A stretch of DNA of 64,000 bases from an uncultured Actinomycetes bacterium (GTDB taxonomy: Bacteria > Actinomycetota > Thermoleophilia > UBA2241). The notes under the pieces are model-generated. The model was not told the origin of the DNA and made no database searches. It saw nothing but the letters and a program-made list of their open reading frames with translations. The position numbers were made by a program, and so were the translations under genes. The DNA is taken from assembly GCA_963767005.1 (NCBI GenBank), contig CAVYCN010000002.1:416001-480000 (forward strand), in the 5' to 3' direction. Shown piece after piece: positions 46,875-60,634 of this stretch. The stretch's first letter is position 1. The number at the start of each line of letters is the position of its first letter.

Positions 46875-48020
46875 TCATGGCCGCGCGACTCCGTCGGGCG
46901 ACTCGACGACGGCGTCGGCCGCCGCCGCGGAGGCATCGGCGGCGGTCGCCGGAGACGCAGCGGCGACGGCCGCCGGCCCGGCGCCCACGCGCCGCGCGAT
47001 GGTCGGCAGCAGATCGCTCGTCACGCCGCGCGAGGCGGTGCGCACCGCGTTGGCCACGCCCTCGGCCCCCGAGCTGCCGTGCCCCACGATCATGGGATGG
47101 CGCAGGCCCAGCAGATAGGCGCCGCCGTACTGCTCGGGGTCGAGCGCCTGGGCGATCTTGCGCAGGTCACGCGACATGATGGCGGCGCCGACCTTGGCGC
47201 GCCATGAGCCGAGCACGGCGTTGCGGATCTCGCCCACCACCGCGCGCGCCGTGCCCTCGAAGACCTTGAGGGCGACGTTGCCCGAGAAGCCGTCGGCGAC
47301 GACGACGTCGACACGGTGATGGGTCAGGTCGCGGCCCTCGACGTTGCCGTAGAAGTTGATCTGCGGATCGGCGGCCATGAGCCGGTGGGCCTCGATCACG
47401 AGCGCGGTGCCCTTGGTCGGCTCCTCGCCGATCGACAGCAGCCCTACGGTCGGGTCCTCGATGCCGAGCACCTCCTGGGCGAACGCCTGGCCGAGCACGG
47501 CGAACTGGCGCAGCGCCTCGGGGCGTACCTCGGCGTTGGCGCCGGCGTCGAGGAAGACCACGGGCAGGGGCACCGCCGGCAGCAGCGTGCAGAGCGCCGG
47601 GCGCAGCACGCCCCTGATGCGGTGCACGTGGAGGAGGCCGGCCGCCAGGGCCGCGCCCGTGTTGCCCATCGTGACGAAGGCGTCGGCCTGACCGTCGGCC
47701 ACGAGACGAGCGGCGACCACGAGCGACGACTGGGGCCGGCCGCGCACCGCCTCGACGGGCTCGTCGCCCGAGCCGATCCGGTCGGTCGCCGGCACGATCT
47801 CGACGTGCGGATGGCCGGACGGCACGAGCGCGCGCAGACGGTCCTCGGGCCCGACCAGCACCACGCGCAGCAGCTCGCCGGCGGCCCGCAGGGAGCCCTC
47901 GACCACCACCTCGGGGGCGTGGTCGCCGCCCAGGGCGTCGACCGCCACGCGCACGACGACGCCGGCCTTCTGCGCCGTAAGGGCGGCCTGGATGTCGTGC
48001 GGGGTCAGAAGCCTGCTCAA
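46875..48020 (-). CDS. plsX: Phosphate acyltransferase PlsX
   Basis: AVDALGGDHAP, GNTGA, DAGANAE, GNVEGRD, DGFSGNVALK, GGAYLLG. Confidence 0.95.
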   Translation of the reverse strand: MSRLLTPHDIQAALTAQKAGVVVRVAVDALGGDHAPEVVVEGSLRAAGELLRVVLVGPEDRLRALVPSGHPHVEIVPATDRIGSGDEPVEAVRGRPQSSLVVAARLVADGQADAFVTMGNTGAALAAGLLHVHRIRGVLRPALCTLLPAVPLPVVFLDAGANAEVRPEALRQFAVLGQAFAQEVLGIEDPTVGLLSIGEEPTKGTALVIEAHRLMAADPQINFYGNVEGRDLTHHRVDVVVADGFSGNVALKVFEGTARAVVGEIRNAVLGSWRAKVGAAIMSRDLRKIAQALDPEQYGGAYLLGLRHPMIVGHGSSGAEGVANAVRTASRGVTSDLLPTIARRVGAGPAAVAAASPATAADASAAAADAVVESPDGVARP

Positions 48021-48023
48021 GGT

Positions 48024-49091
48024 CTACCGGCCGAGGTCGGTCAGGAGCCGGTCGATATCGACGTGATCGGCGATCTCGGCCGCGATCAGGTCGAGCTTGC
48101 GCCGGTCGTGCACGCCGAGCTGACCGAACAGCCGCCGGATGCCGTCGATCGCCGTGACCGTGTCGGTCGCGACCGACACGATCGGCACGCCGAGCTCGTC
48201 GGCGCGCGCCAGTACCGCGGGGCTCGGCACGTAGTTGCCGGTGAGCACGATGGCCGCGGTGGGTGTGTCGAGCGCAGCGAGGATGATCTCGGAGCGGTCG
48301 CCGCCTACCACGACGACCTTGTGGGCGGCGTTCTGGAAGTACCGCATGGCGTGCTCGGGACTCATGGCGCCGATCAGGTAGGTCTCGGCCATGGCGTCGC
48401 CGTGTTCCTCGCCGCAGATGTAGGTGGCGCCGAGCGCTGCCACGATCTCGGAGACGGTCACGGCCGCCAGGCGCTGACTAGCCGGCAGCACGCCGTAGGT
48501 CGTGATGCCCTGCTCGTCGAGGAAGCGCACGTACTCGCCCCGCACGAGCGCGAGGCGGGACTCGGGGACCATGTTGAAGACCGCGCCGAGCAGGGCGTCC
48601 TTTAGCCCGTCCTTGACGTAGCACACGTCGTCGAGCAGGCGCGCGCCGGCGAAGCGCGCCACGATGAGCGCGCGCAGGTCGAGGCGGGCGACGACGTCGG
48701 CGCCGCTCGCCTGCAGGAAGCGCCCCTGCCAGATCTCGCCGAGGCCCTCGCAGATCACGAGGTCGCGTCCCTCGCGCACGCGCTCGTACGCCGCCACGAC
48801 GCGCGCCAGGGTGTCGACGTCGGAACCGGCGAGCACTTCGTGGAGGGCGCCCTCGTCCAACACGACGGGGCAGAGATCGGCGAGCGGCGTGTCGAGGCCG
48901 AGCACGTCGGCAACGAAGCGGGCGTCGTCGTCGACCAGGTCGCCGTCGGCGCCCCTGGGCACGATGCCCACCGGCTTGAAGTAGCCGACGTCGAGGCCAC
49001 GGGCACGCAGCGCGAGCGACAGGCCGACCGCGAGCGTCGTCTTGCCGCCGCTACCTTCGGTCGAAGCGATGTACAGCGATCTCATGGGCAC
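48024..49091 (-). CDS. BioD-like/DRTGG-domain protein (phosphotransacetylase N-terminal family, no catalytic PTA domain)
   Basis: IASTEGSGGKT, GYFKPVG, IGAM, VVVGGDRSEI, IVLTG. Confidence 0.85.
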   Translation of the reverse strand: MPMRSLYIASTEGSGGKTTLAVGLSLALRARGLDVGYFKPVGIVPRGADGDLVDDDARFVADVLGLDTPLADLCPVVLDEGALHEVLAGSDVDTLARVVAAYERVREGRDLVICEGLGEIWQGRFLQASGADVVARLDLRALIVARFAGARLLDDVCYVKDGLKDALLGAVFNMVPESRLALVRGEYVRFLDEQGITTYGVLPASQRLAAVTVSEIVAALGATYICGEEHGDAMAETYLIGAMSPEHAMRYFQNAAHKVVVVGGDRSEIILAALDTPTAAIVLTGNYVPSPAVLARADELGVPIVSVATDTVTAIDGIRRLFGQLGVHDRRKLDLIAAEIADHVDIDRLLTDLGR

Positions 49092-49148
49092 GCTCCGTGC
49101 AGGCGGTCGGCGCCGCGCGACGCCGGCCCCAGGCGTTCCTCGCGACCG

Positions 49149-49340
49149 CTACTTCTTCTTCTCGGTCTCGAGAGGGATGACCTCGCGGCCCTTGTAGGTG
49201 CCGCACTTGGGGCAAGCCCGGTGGGGAAGCTTGGGGCTCTTGCACTGCGGACAGACGCTGGCGGTCTCGACGCTGAGCTTGTGCTGGGCCCGGCGCGAGT
49301 CGCGCTTGCTCTTCGAAGTCTTTCTCTTGGGAACTGGCAT
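49149..49340 (-). CDS. rpmF: 50S ribosomal protein L32 (Zn-ribbon form)
   Basis: [26 protein letters not shown]. Confidence 0.96.
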   Translation of the reverse strand: MPVPKRKTSKSKRDSRRAQHKLSVETASVCPQCKSPKLPHRACPKCGTYKGREVIPLETEKKK

Positions 49341-49473
49341 CGTGTCTCACTTCTCGGTTCGCGGACGCTCTACTTTACCGTTGCCGCGCCGCTGTGTCCA
49401 AACCGGCCCGCCCCGCGTGCCGCCGAGCGCCTTGGAGCAAAGCTTCCCCGGCTCCGGGCGTCCGAGTCGTCGC

Positions 49474-49947
49474 TCACGCCGACGGGACCTCGTCGTGGAC
49501 GTGCTCGCCCTCGATCAGGTTCAGGTCGACGCCGCACACCGGGCACAGGCCGCGACAGTCCTCGCGGCACAGCAGACGGGCCGGCATGGCCTCGGCGATC
49601 GCGTCGCGCACCCAGCGCTCGAGCTCGAGGACATAACCTGCGACGTACGGCTCGTCGTCGTCGCCTTCGGATCCGCCGTCGGCCACATAGTCGACGCAGC
49701 GCACCGGCACCTCGACCGTGGCGTCGGCGAGACACCGCTGACAGGCTCCGACGAGCCGCGCCACGGCCTCTCCCCGGATCGCTACTCGCCGTCCGACGCG
49801 GCTCACGGTGAAGTCGAGGTCGACCCCTCCACCCTCGACCTCGTACTCGAGACCGCCCACGGTGAACGGGGCGACGTCGCAGAAGAGCCGTCGCTCGGCT
49901 TCGTTGCGCTCTCCCAGTGAGAGCGGTCGTATGTTGAAACGGCGCAT
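49474..49947 (-). CDS. yceD: DUF177/YceD family protein
   Basis: CQRCL, LLCREDCRGLCPVCG; upstream of rpmF. Confidence 0.9.
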   Translation of the reverse strand: MRRFNIRPLSLGERNEAERRLFCDVAPFTVGGLEYEVEGGGVDLDFTVSRVGRRVAIRGEAVARLVGACQRCLADATVEVPVRCVDYVADGGSEGDDDEPYVAGYVLELERWVRDAIAEAMPARLLCREDCRGLCPVCGVDLNLIEGEHVHDEVPSA

Positions 49948-50011
49948 GCTCGGTAAAGACGTCGGGGCGAGCAGCCGAGAGCCGGTCCGGCGCGCTACCC
50001 CGTCAGATGAA

Positions 50012-50145
50012 GCGTGGCGCGTCTAGTCCCACGAGCGACTTCGTCGTCATGGCTCAGACGAGCGTGACTGCGTGGCGCGTCTAGTCCCACGAGCGACTTC
50101 GTCGTCATGGCTCAGACGAGCGTGACTGCGTGGCGCGTCTAGTCC
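50012..50145. repeat. 58-bp tandem repeat (about 2.3 identical copies), same family as the 24716 array
   Basis: Unit gcgtggcgcgtctagtcccacgagcgacttcgtcgtcatggctcagacgagcgtgact starts at 50012, 50070 and 50128; contains the upstream gene's TAG stop. Confidence 0.95.
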
Positions 50146-50606
50146 TGAGGCTCGGGGCCGATCGAGGGGGTCTGCAGACGCTCGCGCCCGCGGCGCACGG
50201 CCGCCAGGAACTTATCGAGATTCACCTCGAGGTTACCCAGCACCTCGTCGGCATAGTCTTCGGCGCCCAGACGGATCTCGCGCTCGCGCTCGCGCGCGTC
50301 CTCGACGATCTCGTGCGCCTGGCGCTCGGCCACCCGCACGATCTCCTCCTGGCCGGCCATCTGCTCGGCCCGCTCACTCGCCTCGCCGACGATGCGCTCG
50401 GACTCCTGCTTGGCCTCGGTCAGCATCTCCTGGCGCTCCTTGACGATCCAGCGCGCCTGCTTGACCTCTTCGGGGATCGTCGAGCGCATCTGGTCGAGCA
50501 GGTCGTAGATCTCCTCGCGGTCGATCATCACGCTGTCGGTGAGCGGGACGGAGCGGGCGTTGTGGATGAGGTCGTCCAACTTGTCGATCAGAACCAGCAC
50601 GTCCAT
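50139..50606 (-). CDS. DivIVA-like coiled-coil protein (SepIVA-like)
   Basis: IDKLDDLIHNARSVPL, PEEVKQARWI, coiled coil, GAEDYADEVL; conserved position between coaD and yceD. Confidence 0.75.
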   Translation of the reverse strand: MDVLVLIDKLDDLIHNARSVPLTDSVMIDREEIYDLLDQMRSTIPEEVKQARWIVKERQEMLTEAKQESERIVGEASERAEQMAGQEEIVRVAERQAHEIVEDAREREREIRLGAEDYADEVLGNLEVNLDKFLAAVRRGRERLQTPSIGPEPQD

Positions 50607-50632
50607 GCTGACCTACCTCTCCTTCGAGGCGC

Positions 50633-51130
50633 TTACGCCTTTCGCGGGAACAGTTCGGCGAACCGCCGGGCCACGGCCGGTGGCACGAGGTCGTCGACGG
50701 ACCCGCCGAACGTGGCGATCTCCTTCACGCCGCTCGAGCTCAGGAAGGCGTGCTCCGGCGAGGCCATCATGAAGATCGTTTCGATGTCGGGCGCCAGCTT
50801 CCTATTGAGCTGGGCCATCGCGAACTCGTACTCGAAGTCGGAGATGGCGCGCAGCCCCTTGAGGATGACGTTGGCCTCCCAGCGGCGGGCGAACTCCACC
50901 ACGAGCTCGTTGAAGCGGTCGACGTAGACGTTGGGGTAGTCGGCCACGGCCTGGCGCAGGAACTCGGCGCGCTCGGCCGGTGTGAACATGGTCTGCTTGC
51001 GCACGGGGTACTCGATCAGCCCCACGACGACGCGCCGGAACGTGTGCGCGCCGCGCGTGATGATGTCGAGATGACCGACCGTGACGGGATCGAAGGTCCC
51101 CGGACAGATCGCGGTGACGTTGCTCGGCAC
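50633..51130 (-). CDS. coaD: Pantetheine-phosphate adenylyltransferase
   Basis: CPGTFDPVTVGHLDII, KGLRAISDFEYE, LSSSGVKEIA. Confidence 0.97.
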   Translation of the reverse strand: MPSNVTAICPGTFDPVTVGHLDIITRGAHTFRRVVVGLIEYPVRKQTMFTPAERAEFLRQAVADYPNVYVDRFNELVVEFARRWEANVILKGLRAISDFEYEFAMAQLNRKLAPDIETIFMMASPEHAFLSSSGVKEIATFGGSVDDLVPPAVARRFAELFPRKA

Positions 51131-51134
51131 GCTC

Positions 51135-51725
51135 TCAAGACCTCGCTTGCAGGAAGGTGACCCATGTGTCGCCGTAGTGCCTGACGCGGAGCTCCGCGAA
51201 CGGCAGCCGCACGGCCTGGCCCTTGGCCGTCTCGACCGCCACGACGGCCTTTGGGCAAAGCACACCCGGCAGCCGATCGGCAAGCTCAGCCTCGACCGCC
51301 GGGTACAGCGCGTACGGCGCGTCCACGAGCACGAGATTATACCGTCTTGCCGTGGCGAGGTCAGCCTCGAGCGCGCGACGGTAGTCGACGGCGCGCACCT
51401 CACGCGCCGCCGGCGTCACCTCGAGAGCCGCGAGGTTCGCCCGCAGGGCGCGCAGCGCACCCGCCTCGTGCTCGACGAAGACGCAGGCCGTCGCCCCGCG
51501 CGACAGCGCCTCGATGCCGAGGGCGCCGCTGCCGGCGAACAGGTCGAGCGCGGCGAGGCCGGCGAAGGGCTCAGCGGCATCCTCGCCGGGCGGCGCCTCG
51601 CTCAGGCGCTGGGCCGTGAGAACGTCGAAGACGGCCTCACGCACGCGGTCGGACGTGGGGCGGGTCGCGCGGCCGGCCGGCGCCGTCAGGCGCCGGCCGC
51701 GCCAACGTCCGCCCACTACGCGCAT
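51135..51725 (-). CDS. rsmD: 16S rRNA m2G966 methyltransferase
   Basis: MRVVGG, TRPTSDRVREA, LDLFAGSGALGIEALSRG, DAPY. Confidence 0.93.
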   Translation of the reverse strand: MRVVGGRWRGRRLTAPAGRATRPTSDRVREAVFDVLTAQRLSEAPPGEDAAEPFAGLAALDLFAGSGALGIEALSRGATACVFVEHEAGALRALRANLAALEVTPAAREVRAVDYRRALEADLATARRYNLVLVDAPYALYPAVEAELADRLPGVLCPKAVVAVETAKGQAVRLPFAELRVRHYGDTWVTFLQARS

Positions 51726-53053
51726 CAGTGCGCCGCCCCGGCGGCACGGCCGGCCGCGGAGTCGCGGCCGAGCACGGCGGCGCGCGCCGCCGGCGGCTCG
51801 TCGCCGATCTCGAAGGCGGCGCCGAGCAGCCGCGCGGCGGCCATGCGCGCGTCGCGCCGGCGCGAGAACACACGCGCCAGCGTGTCACCGGCGGCCACGG
51901 CGCTGCCGGGCGGAGCGTCGACGATCACCCCGGCGGCGGAGTCGATCTCGTCGTCGGCACGGCCGCGACCCGCGCCCGACGCCTGCGCCGCCCGCCCCAC
52001 CGCGCGCGCGTCGACGGCCCGCACGAAGCCGGCGCGCGGGGCGACGACGGGGTCGTCGGCCAGGCGGTGGAACTCCCCGGGCTTGAAGCGGCCGCCCTGC
52101 ACGGCGACCCAGCGCTCGAACCACTCGGCCGCCCGGCCGCCTTCAAGCGCCGCCTCGGCCCGCGCCCGGGCGGCGCGCTCGTCGAGGCCGAGGTCGGACA
52201 GGCCGAGCAGCACCGCGGCCAGCGCGAGCACGACCTCGCGCACGTCGGCCGGTCCGCCGCCGGTCAGCACCTCCCAGGCCTCCTCAACCTCGAGGCGGTT
52301 GCCGACCGCGCGCCCGAGGGGCGCGTCCATCGCCGTGTACACGCAGCTCACGTCGCGCCCGTACTCGCGACCGATCAGCCGGCAGAGCTCACCCAGCGCC
52401 TGGGCGTCTGCCGGCGTGGCGCTCAGGGCGCCGGCGCCGACGGTCAGGTCGAGCACGAGGGCCGACGTGCCGCTGGCGACCTTCTTCGCCATGATGCTGG
52501 CGGCGATCAGGCCGGCGTTCTCGACGGTCCCTGTCACGTCGCGCAGCGCGTACAGGACGCGGTCGGCCGGCACCAGGCGCTCGCTCTGGCTCACGACGGC
52601 GACGCCGATGCGCTCGAGCTGGCGCAGAAAGTCGCCCTGCGAGAGCTGCACACGAAAGCCGGGGATCGATTCGAGCTTGTCGAGCGTTCCGCCGGTGTGC
52701 CCGAGCCCGCGCCCCGACATCTTGCCGAACAGGGCGCCGCACGACGCGACGAGCGGCGCGAGCACCAGCGTGACCTTGTCGCCGACCCCGCCGCTCGAGT
52801 GCTTGTCGAGCACCGGGCGGCCGAGCACGCGCAGGTCGAGCACCTTGCCGCTGTCTACCATGGCTCGGGCGAGCGCCACCGTCTCGGCCGCCGAGAAGCC
52901 GCGCAACACGATCGCCATGAGCAGGGCGCTCGCCTGGTACGGCGGGATCGAGCCGTCGACGACGCCGGTCACGAAGGCCCGCAGAGCAGGCTCGTCGAGC
53001 TCGGCGCCGTCGCGCTTCGGGGCGATCAGGTCGTGGACCACGTCGAGCGTCAC
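51725..53053 (-). CDS. pdp: Pyrimidine-nucleoside/thymidine phosphorylase
   Basis: KRDG, DKHSSGGVGDK, SGRGLGHTGGTLDKLESIPG, YALRDVTGTV. Confidence 0.93.
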   Translation of the reverse strand: MTLDVVHDLIAPKRDGAELDEPALRAFVTGVVDGSIPPYQASALLMAIVLRGFSAAETVALARAMVDSGKVLDLRVLGRPVLDKHSSGGVGDKVTLVLAPLVASCGALFGKMSGRGLGHTGGTLDKLESIPGFRVQLSQGDFLRQLERIGVAVVSQSERLVPADRVLYALRDVTGTVENAGLIAASIMAKKVASGTSALVLDLTVGAGALSATPADAQALGELCRLIGREYGRDVSCVYTAMDAPLGRAVGNRLEVEEAWEVLTGGGPADVREVVLALAAVLLGLSDLGLDERAARARAEAALEGGRAAEWFERWVAVQGGRFKPGEFHRLADDPVVAPRAGFVRAVDARAVGRAAQASGAGRGRADDEIDSAAGVIVDAPPGSAVAAGDTLARVFSRRRDARMAAARLLGAAFEIGDEPPAARAAVLGRDSAAGRAAGAAH

Positions 53054-53804
53054 GCGACCTCCTGAAGGAAGGCCTCGGCAAGGGTCGCGAGGCCCTGGCT
53101 CAGACCGGCCTCGAGCCGCTTCCCGACCCCGAGGACGGCGCTGTGGTCTGAGACGGCCCCGGACCGGTTCGCCACGAGCGACAGCATGCAGACGGGCAGC
53201 CCGTGGCGCCGCGCCGCGCGCACCTCGACGGCGGCCGACATCCCGACGACCTCACCGAAGGAGCGCAGCCAGGCGGCCTCGGCCGGCGTCTCGTACTGCG
53301 GGCCGGGCACGGCCACGTAGCGCCCCACGCGGGCGGGAAGCTGGGGCGGGAGCTTCCTCGCCAGGCGTGCGGCCGCGCCGTCGCCCGCCACGGGTAACGT
53401 GCGCGCCGGCCCGCGCAGTGCGCCCTGCAGATCGACTACCGACCTCACGACGACGGCATCGCCGGGCGCGAGAGCCTGGTCGAGCGCCCCCACGGCGTTG
53501 GTCAGCAGCAGGCCGCGCACGCCGGCGCCGGCCAGGTCGTCGACCGCGCGGGCGGCGCGACCGGGCGTCCAGCCTTCGTACAGGTGGCAGCGTCCGCAGG
53601 CGAGCAGAAGGCGCACCGTCGGCCGGCCGGCCGCGGGCCAGACGGCGACGAGCAGCCGGTTGGGATGGCCGGCGACCGCGCTCGCCGGCCAGCCGAGCGC
53701 ACCGTAGTCGAGCTCGTCGACGACCTCGGCCCCCGCCGGCACGACGGCCAGGCCCGAGCCGGACACCACGGCCAGATCGGCGCGCGGCAGGTATCGCGCG
53801 GCAC

Positions 53805-53808
<4 letters not shown>
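53050..53808 (-). CDS. punA: Purine-nucleoside phosphorylase (PNP/MTAP family), divergent
   Basis: SGSGL, GRCHLYEG, TNAVG, GPQYETPAE, VGMS. Confidence 0.8.
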
Positions 53809-54934
<1,126 letters not shown>

Positions 54935-54938
<4 letters not shown>

Positions 54939-55936
54939 GACTCCTCCCCCGCGGCATGGCCGCCGGCGCGCGGCACCCCTCGCGCGCGTCGCCGGGCGCG
55001 CGGATGGGTGCTGTAGTAGACCTCGCGCAGGTGCTCGGCGGTGACGTGCGTGTAGACCTCGGTCGTAGCGATATCGCTGTGACCCAGCATCTCCTGCACG
55101 GCCCGCAGATCGGCGCCACCCTGAACGAGGTGGGTCGCGAAGCTGTGGCGGAACGTGTGGGCGCTCGCTCGGCCCTCATAGCCGACCCGCTTGAGTATGC
55201 GCCGCAGCACGTAGTCGAGGCCCTGCCGGCTGAGCGGCCGGCCGCGCGCGTTCAGAAAGAGCTCGTCGTGGCGGCGGCCGCGCGCGAGAAGGCGGCGGCC
55301 GTGGGCCACGTAGCGGCCCACGGCCGCCGCCGCCGGCGCGCCGAGGGGCACCACGCGCTCCTTGTCGCCCTTGCCGAGACAGCGTAGGAGACCGCCCTCG
55401 AGATCGACGTCGGCCAGGCGCAGGCTCACGATCTCGCCGGCGCGCAGGCCGCAGCCGTAGAGCAGCTCGAGCAAGGCGAGGTCGCGCTCGGCAAGCGGCC
55501 CCTCGAGCGGCACGCCGGCGAGCACGGTCTCGACCTCGTCGACGCGCAATACCCGGGGCAGGTGACGCGGGTGCTTGGGCGTCGTCAGGTGGGCCGCCGG
55601 GTCGGCCTCGAGGTCGCGTTCCCGTACGAGATACCCGTACAGCCCGCGCACGGCGGCCATGCGGCGCGCCACGCTCGTCGTGGCGCCGTCACCACCTGGG
55701 CCGGCGAAGTAGCCGTAGACATCGTCCTCGGTGGCCGTCAGGACAGGCGCGCTCGAGACCGCAGCTGCCGGATCGGCGGTAGCGTCTCGAGCCGGCCGGC
55801 GGCCGTCGAGCCAGGCGGCGTAGGCGGCGAGGTCGCGACCGTAGGCGGCGACGGTGTTGGGGCGCAGCGCGCGCTCGAATGCGAGGTAGGCGAGGTAGTC
55901 CTCGACGGCCGGGTCGCCGGCCGGCCCGGGCGGCAT
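54935..55936 (-). CDS. xerD: Tyrosine recombinase XerD
   Basis: NTVAAYGRDL, LLYGCGLR, GKGDKERVVP, HTFRHSFATHL, VQEMLGHSDIATTEVY. Confidence 0.9.
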
Positions 55937-55937
55937 C

Positions 55938-58957
<3,020 letters not shown>

Positions 58958-60616
58958 TCAGGCGGTGCGCGCGGCGCGGGCCCGTTCGAGCAGGGTACGA
59001 GCGTGCTCGCGGGCCGAGGCGTCGCCGGCCTCACCGCCCAGCATGCGGGCGAGCTCGTCGAGGCGCTCGTCGCCGTCGACGACGCTCACGAGCGTCTCGG
59101 TAGTGTCGGCCGCAAGGTCGGCCGTCTTGCGGATCACGAAGTGGCGCTCGGCGAAGACCGCCACCTGCGGCAGGTGGGTGATGCAGACCACCTGGGCGGC
59201 CCCCGCGAGGGCCGCGAGGCGGGCGCCGAGGACGTTCGCCGTCACCCCGCCGATGCCGGTGTCGACCTCGTCGAAGATGAGCGTGCGCACGTCGTGGCCC
59301 AGGTGGACCAGGCTCTTGATGGCGAGCATGGCGCGCGACAGCTCACCGCCCGAGGCCGTCTCGCGCAGCGGTCGGGACGGCACCCCGGGGTTGGCCGAGA
59401 ACAGGAACTCCGCCTCGTCGCGACCGCGCGGACCGAGCCCCTCGACGCCGTCGCCGCGCGGCCGCAGATCGACCGCAAAGCGGGCGTGCGGCATGGCCAG
59501 ACCGCGCAGCTCGCCGGCCACCGCCTCAGCGAAGGCCGGCGCGGCCACGGCGCGTGCCTGCGTCAGCTCGGCGGCGACGGTGACGGCGCGTGCCTGAGCC
59601 GCGTCGAGGCGCTCGACCAGGGCCGACTCGTCGGACTCCTGGCGCTCGAGTGCCGCGAGGCGCTCGCTGGCCGCCGCTGAGAAGGCAAGGACGGCGTCGG
59701 CCGAGCCGCCGTACTTGCGCGTGAGCAACGTGAGGCGGTCGTAGCGCAGCTCGACGGCGTCGCGGTGGGCGGGGTCGACGTCGAGCTCGTCGAGGTAGCC
59801 GCGCAGGGCCGCAAGCAGGTCGTCGGCTTCGGCCGTGAGCGCGGCCAGGCGCGTCGCAGAGGCGGTGAGCAAGGAGTCGAGCGCTTCGGCCTCGGCGAGC
59901 AGCCGCTCGGCCGCGCGCAGCGCGTCGAGCCCGCCGCCGGCGGCGCCGTCGTCGCGCAGCAGCGCGACGGCGCCGGCCACCCGCTCGACCAGCTTCTCGG
60001 CGTGACGTAGGCGCTCGCGCTCGGCCTTCAGCGTCTGGTCTTCGCCGGGCTGGACGCCGGCCGCCTCGATCTCGTCGATCTGGAAACGCAGCAGGTCGAG
60101 CTCGCGCTCGCGGTCGCGGCCCTCGCCGCGGATCGCGCCGAGCTCGCGGGCGAGCTCCTGCGCCTGCGACCAGGCGGTCGCGTAGTCGGCCAGCAGCGCA
60201 GCCACGGCCGACCCCGCCCAGGCGTCGAGCAGGTCGAGCTGCCGATCGAGCTGCAGCAGGCGGGCATGCTCGAGCTGCCCGTAGAAGGCGACCCGCTCGC
60301 GCAACGCCGACTCGACGGCCGCGAGCGACGACACGAGGCCGTCGAGGAACGCGCGCGAGCGCCCGCCGCGGGCCACGCGGCGGGCCACGGCGAGCGTCTC
60401 GCCACCGTCGTCGAACACGGCTTCGACGAGCGCGTGCTCGCAGCCCGGCCTGACCAGGCTCTCCTCGCCCTTCTGCCCCAGGAGCAGGCCGATCGCCTGC
60501 GTGAGCAGGGTCTTGCCGGCGCCGGTCTCGCCGGTGATCACGTTGAGGCCGGGGGCGAGCTCGAGGCGCGCCCGGGCGATCAGCACGAGATCGTCGATGG
60601 CAAGCTCAGCGATCAT
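58958..60616 (-). CDS. recN: DNA repair protein RecN
   Basis: ITGETGAGKT, ASGGELSR, IFDEVDTGIGG, ITHLPQVA. Confidence 0.95.
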   Translation of the reverse strand: MIAELAIDDLVLIARARLELAPGLNVITGETGAGKTLLTQAIGLLLGQKGEESLVRPGCEHALVEAVFDDGGETLAVARRVARGGRSRAFLDGLVSSLAAVESALRERVAFYGQLEHARLLQLDRQLDLLDAWAGSAVAALLADYATAWSQAQELARELGAIRGEGRDRERELDLLRFQIDEIEAAGVQPGEDQTLKAERERLRHAEKLVERVAGAVALLRDDGAAGGGLDALRAAERLLAEAEALDSLLTASATRLAALTAEADDLLAALRGYLDELDVDPAHRDAVELRYDRLTLLTRKYGGSADAVLAFSAAASERLAALERQESDESALVERLDAAQARAVTVAAELTQARAVAAPAFAEAVAGELRGLAMPHARFAVDLRPRGDGVEGLGPRGRDEAEFLFSANPGVPSRPLRETASGGELSRAMLAIKSLVHLGHDVRTLIFDEVDTGIGGVTANVLGARLAALAGAAQVVCITHLPQVAVFAERHFVIRKTADLAADTTETLVSVVDGDERLDELARMLGGEAGDASAREHARTLLERARAARTA

Positions 60617-60634
60617 GGCGCGCTGTCCGGACCG

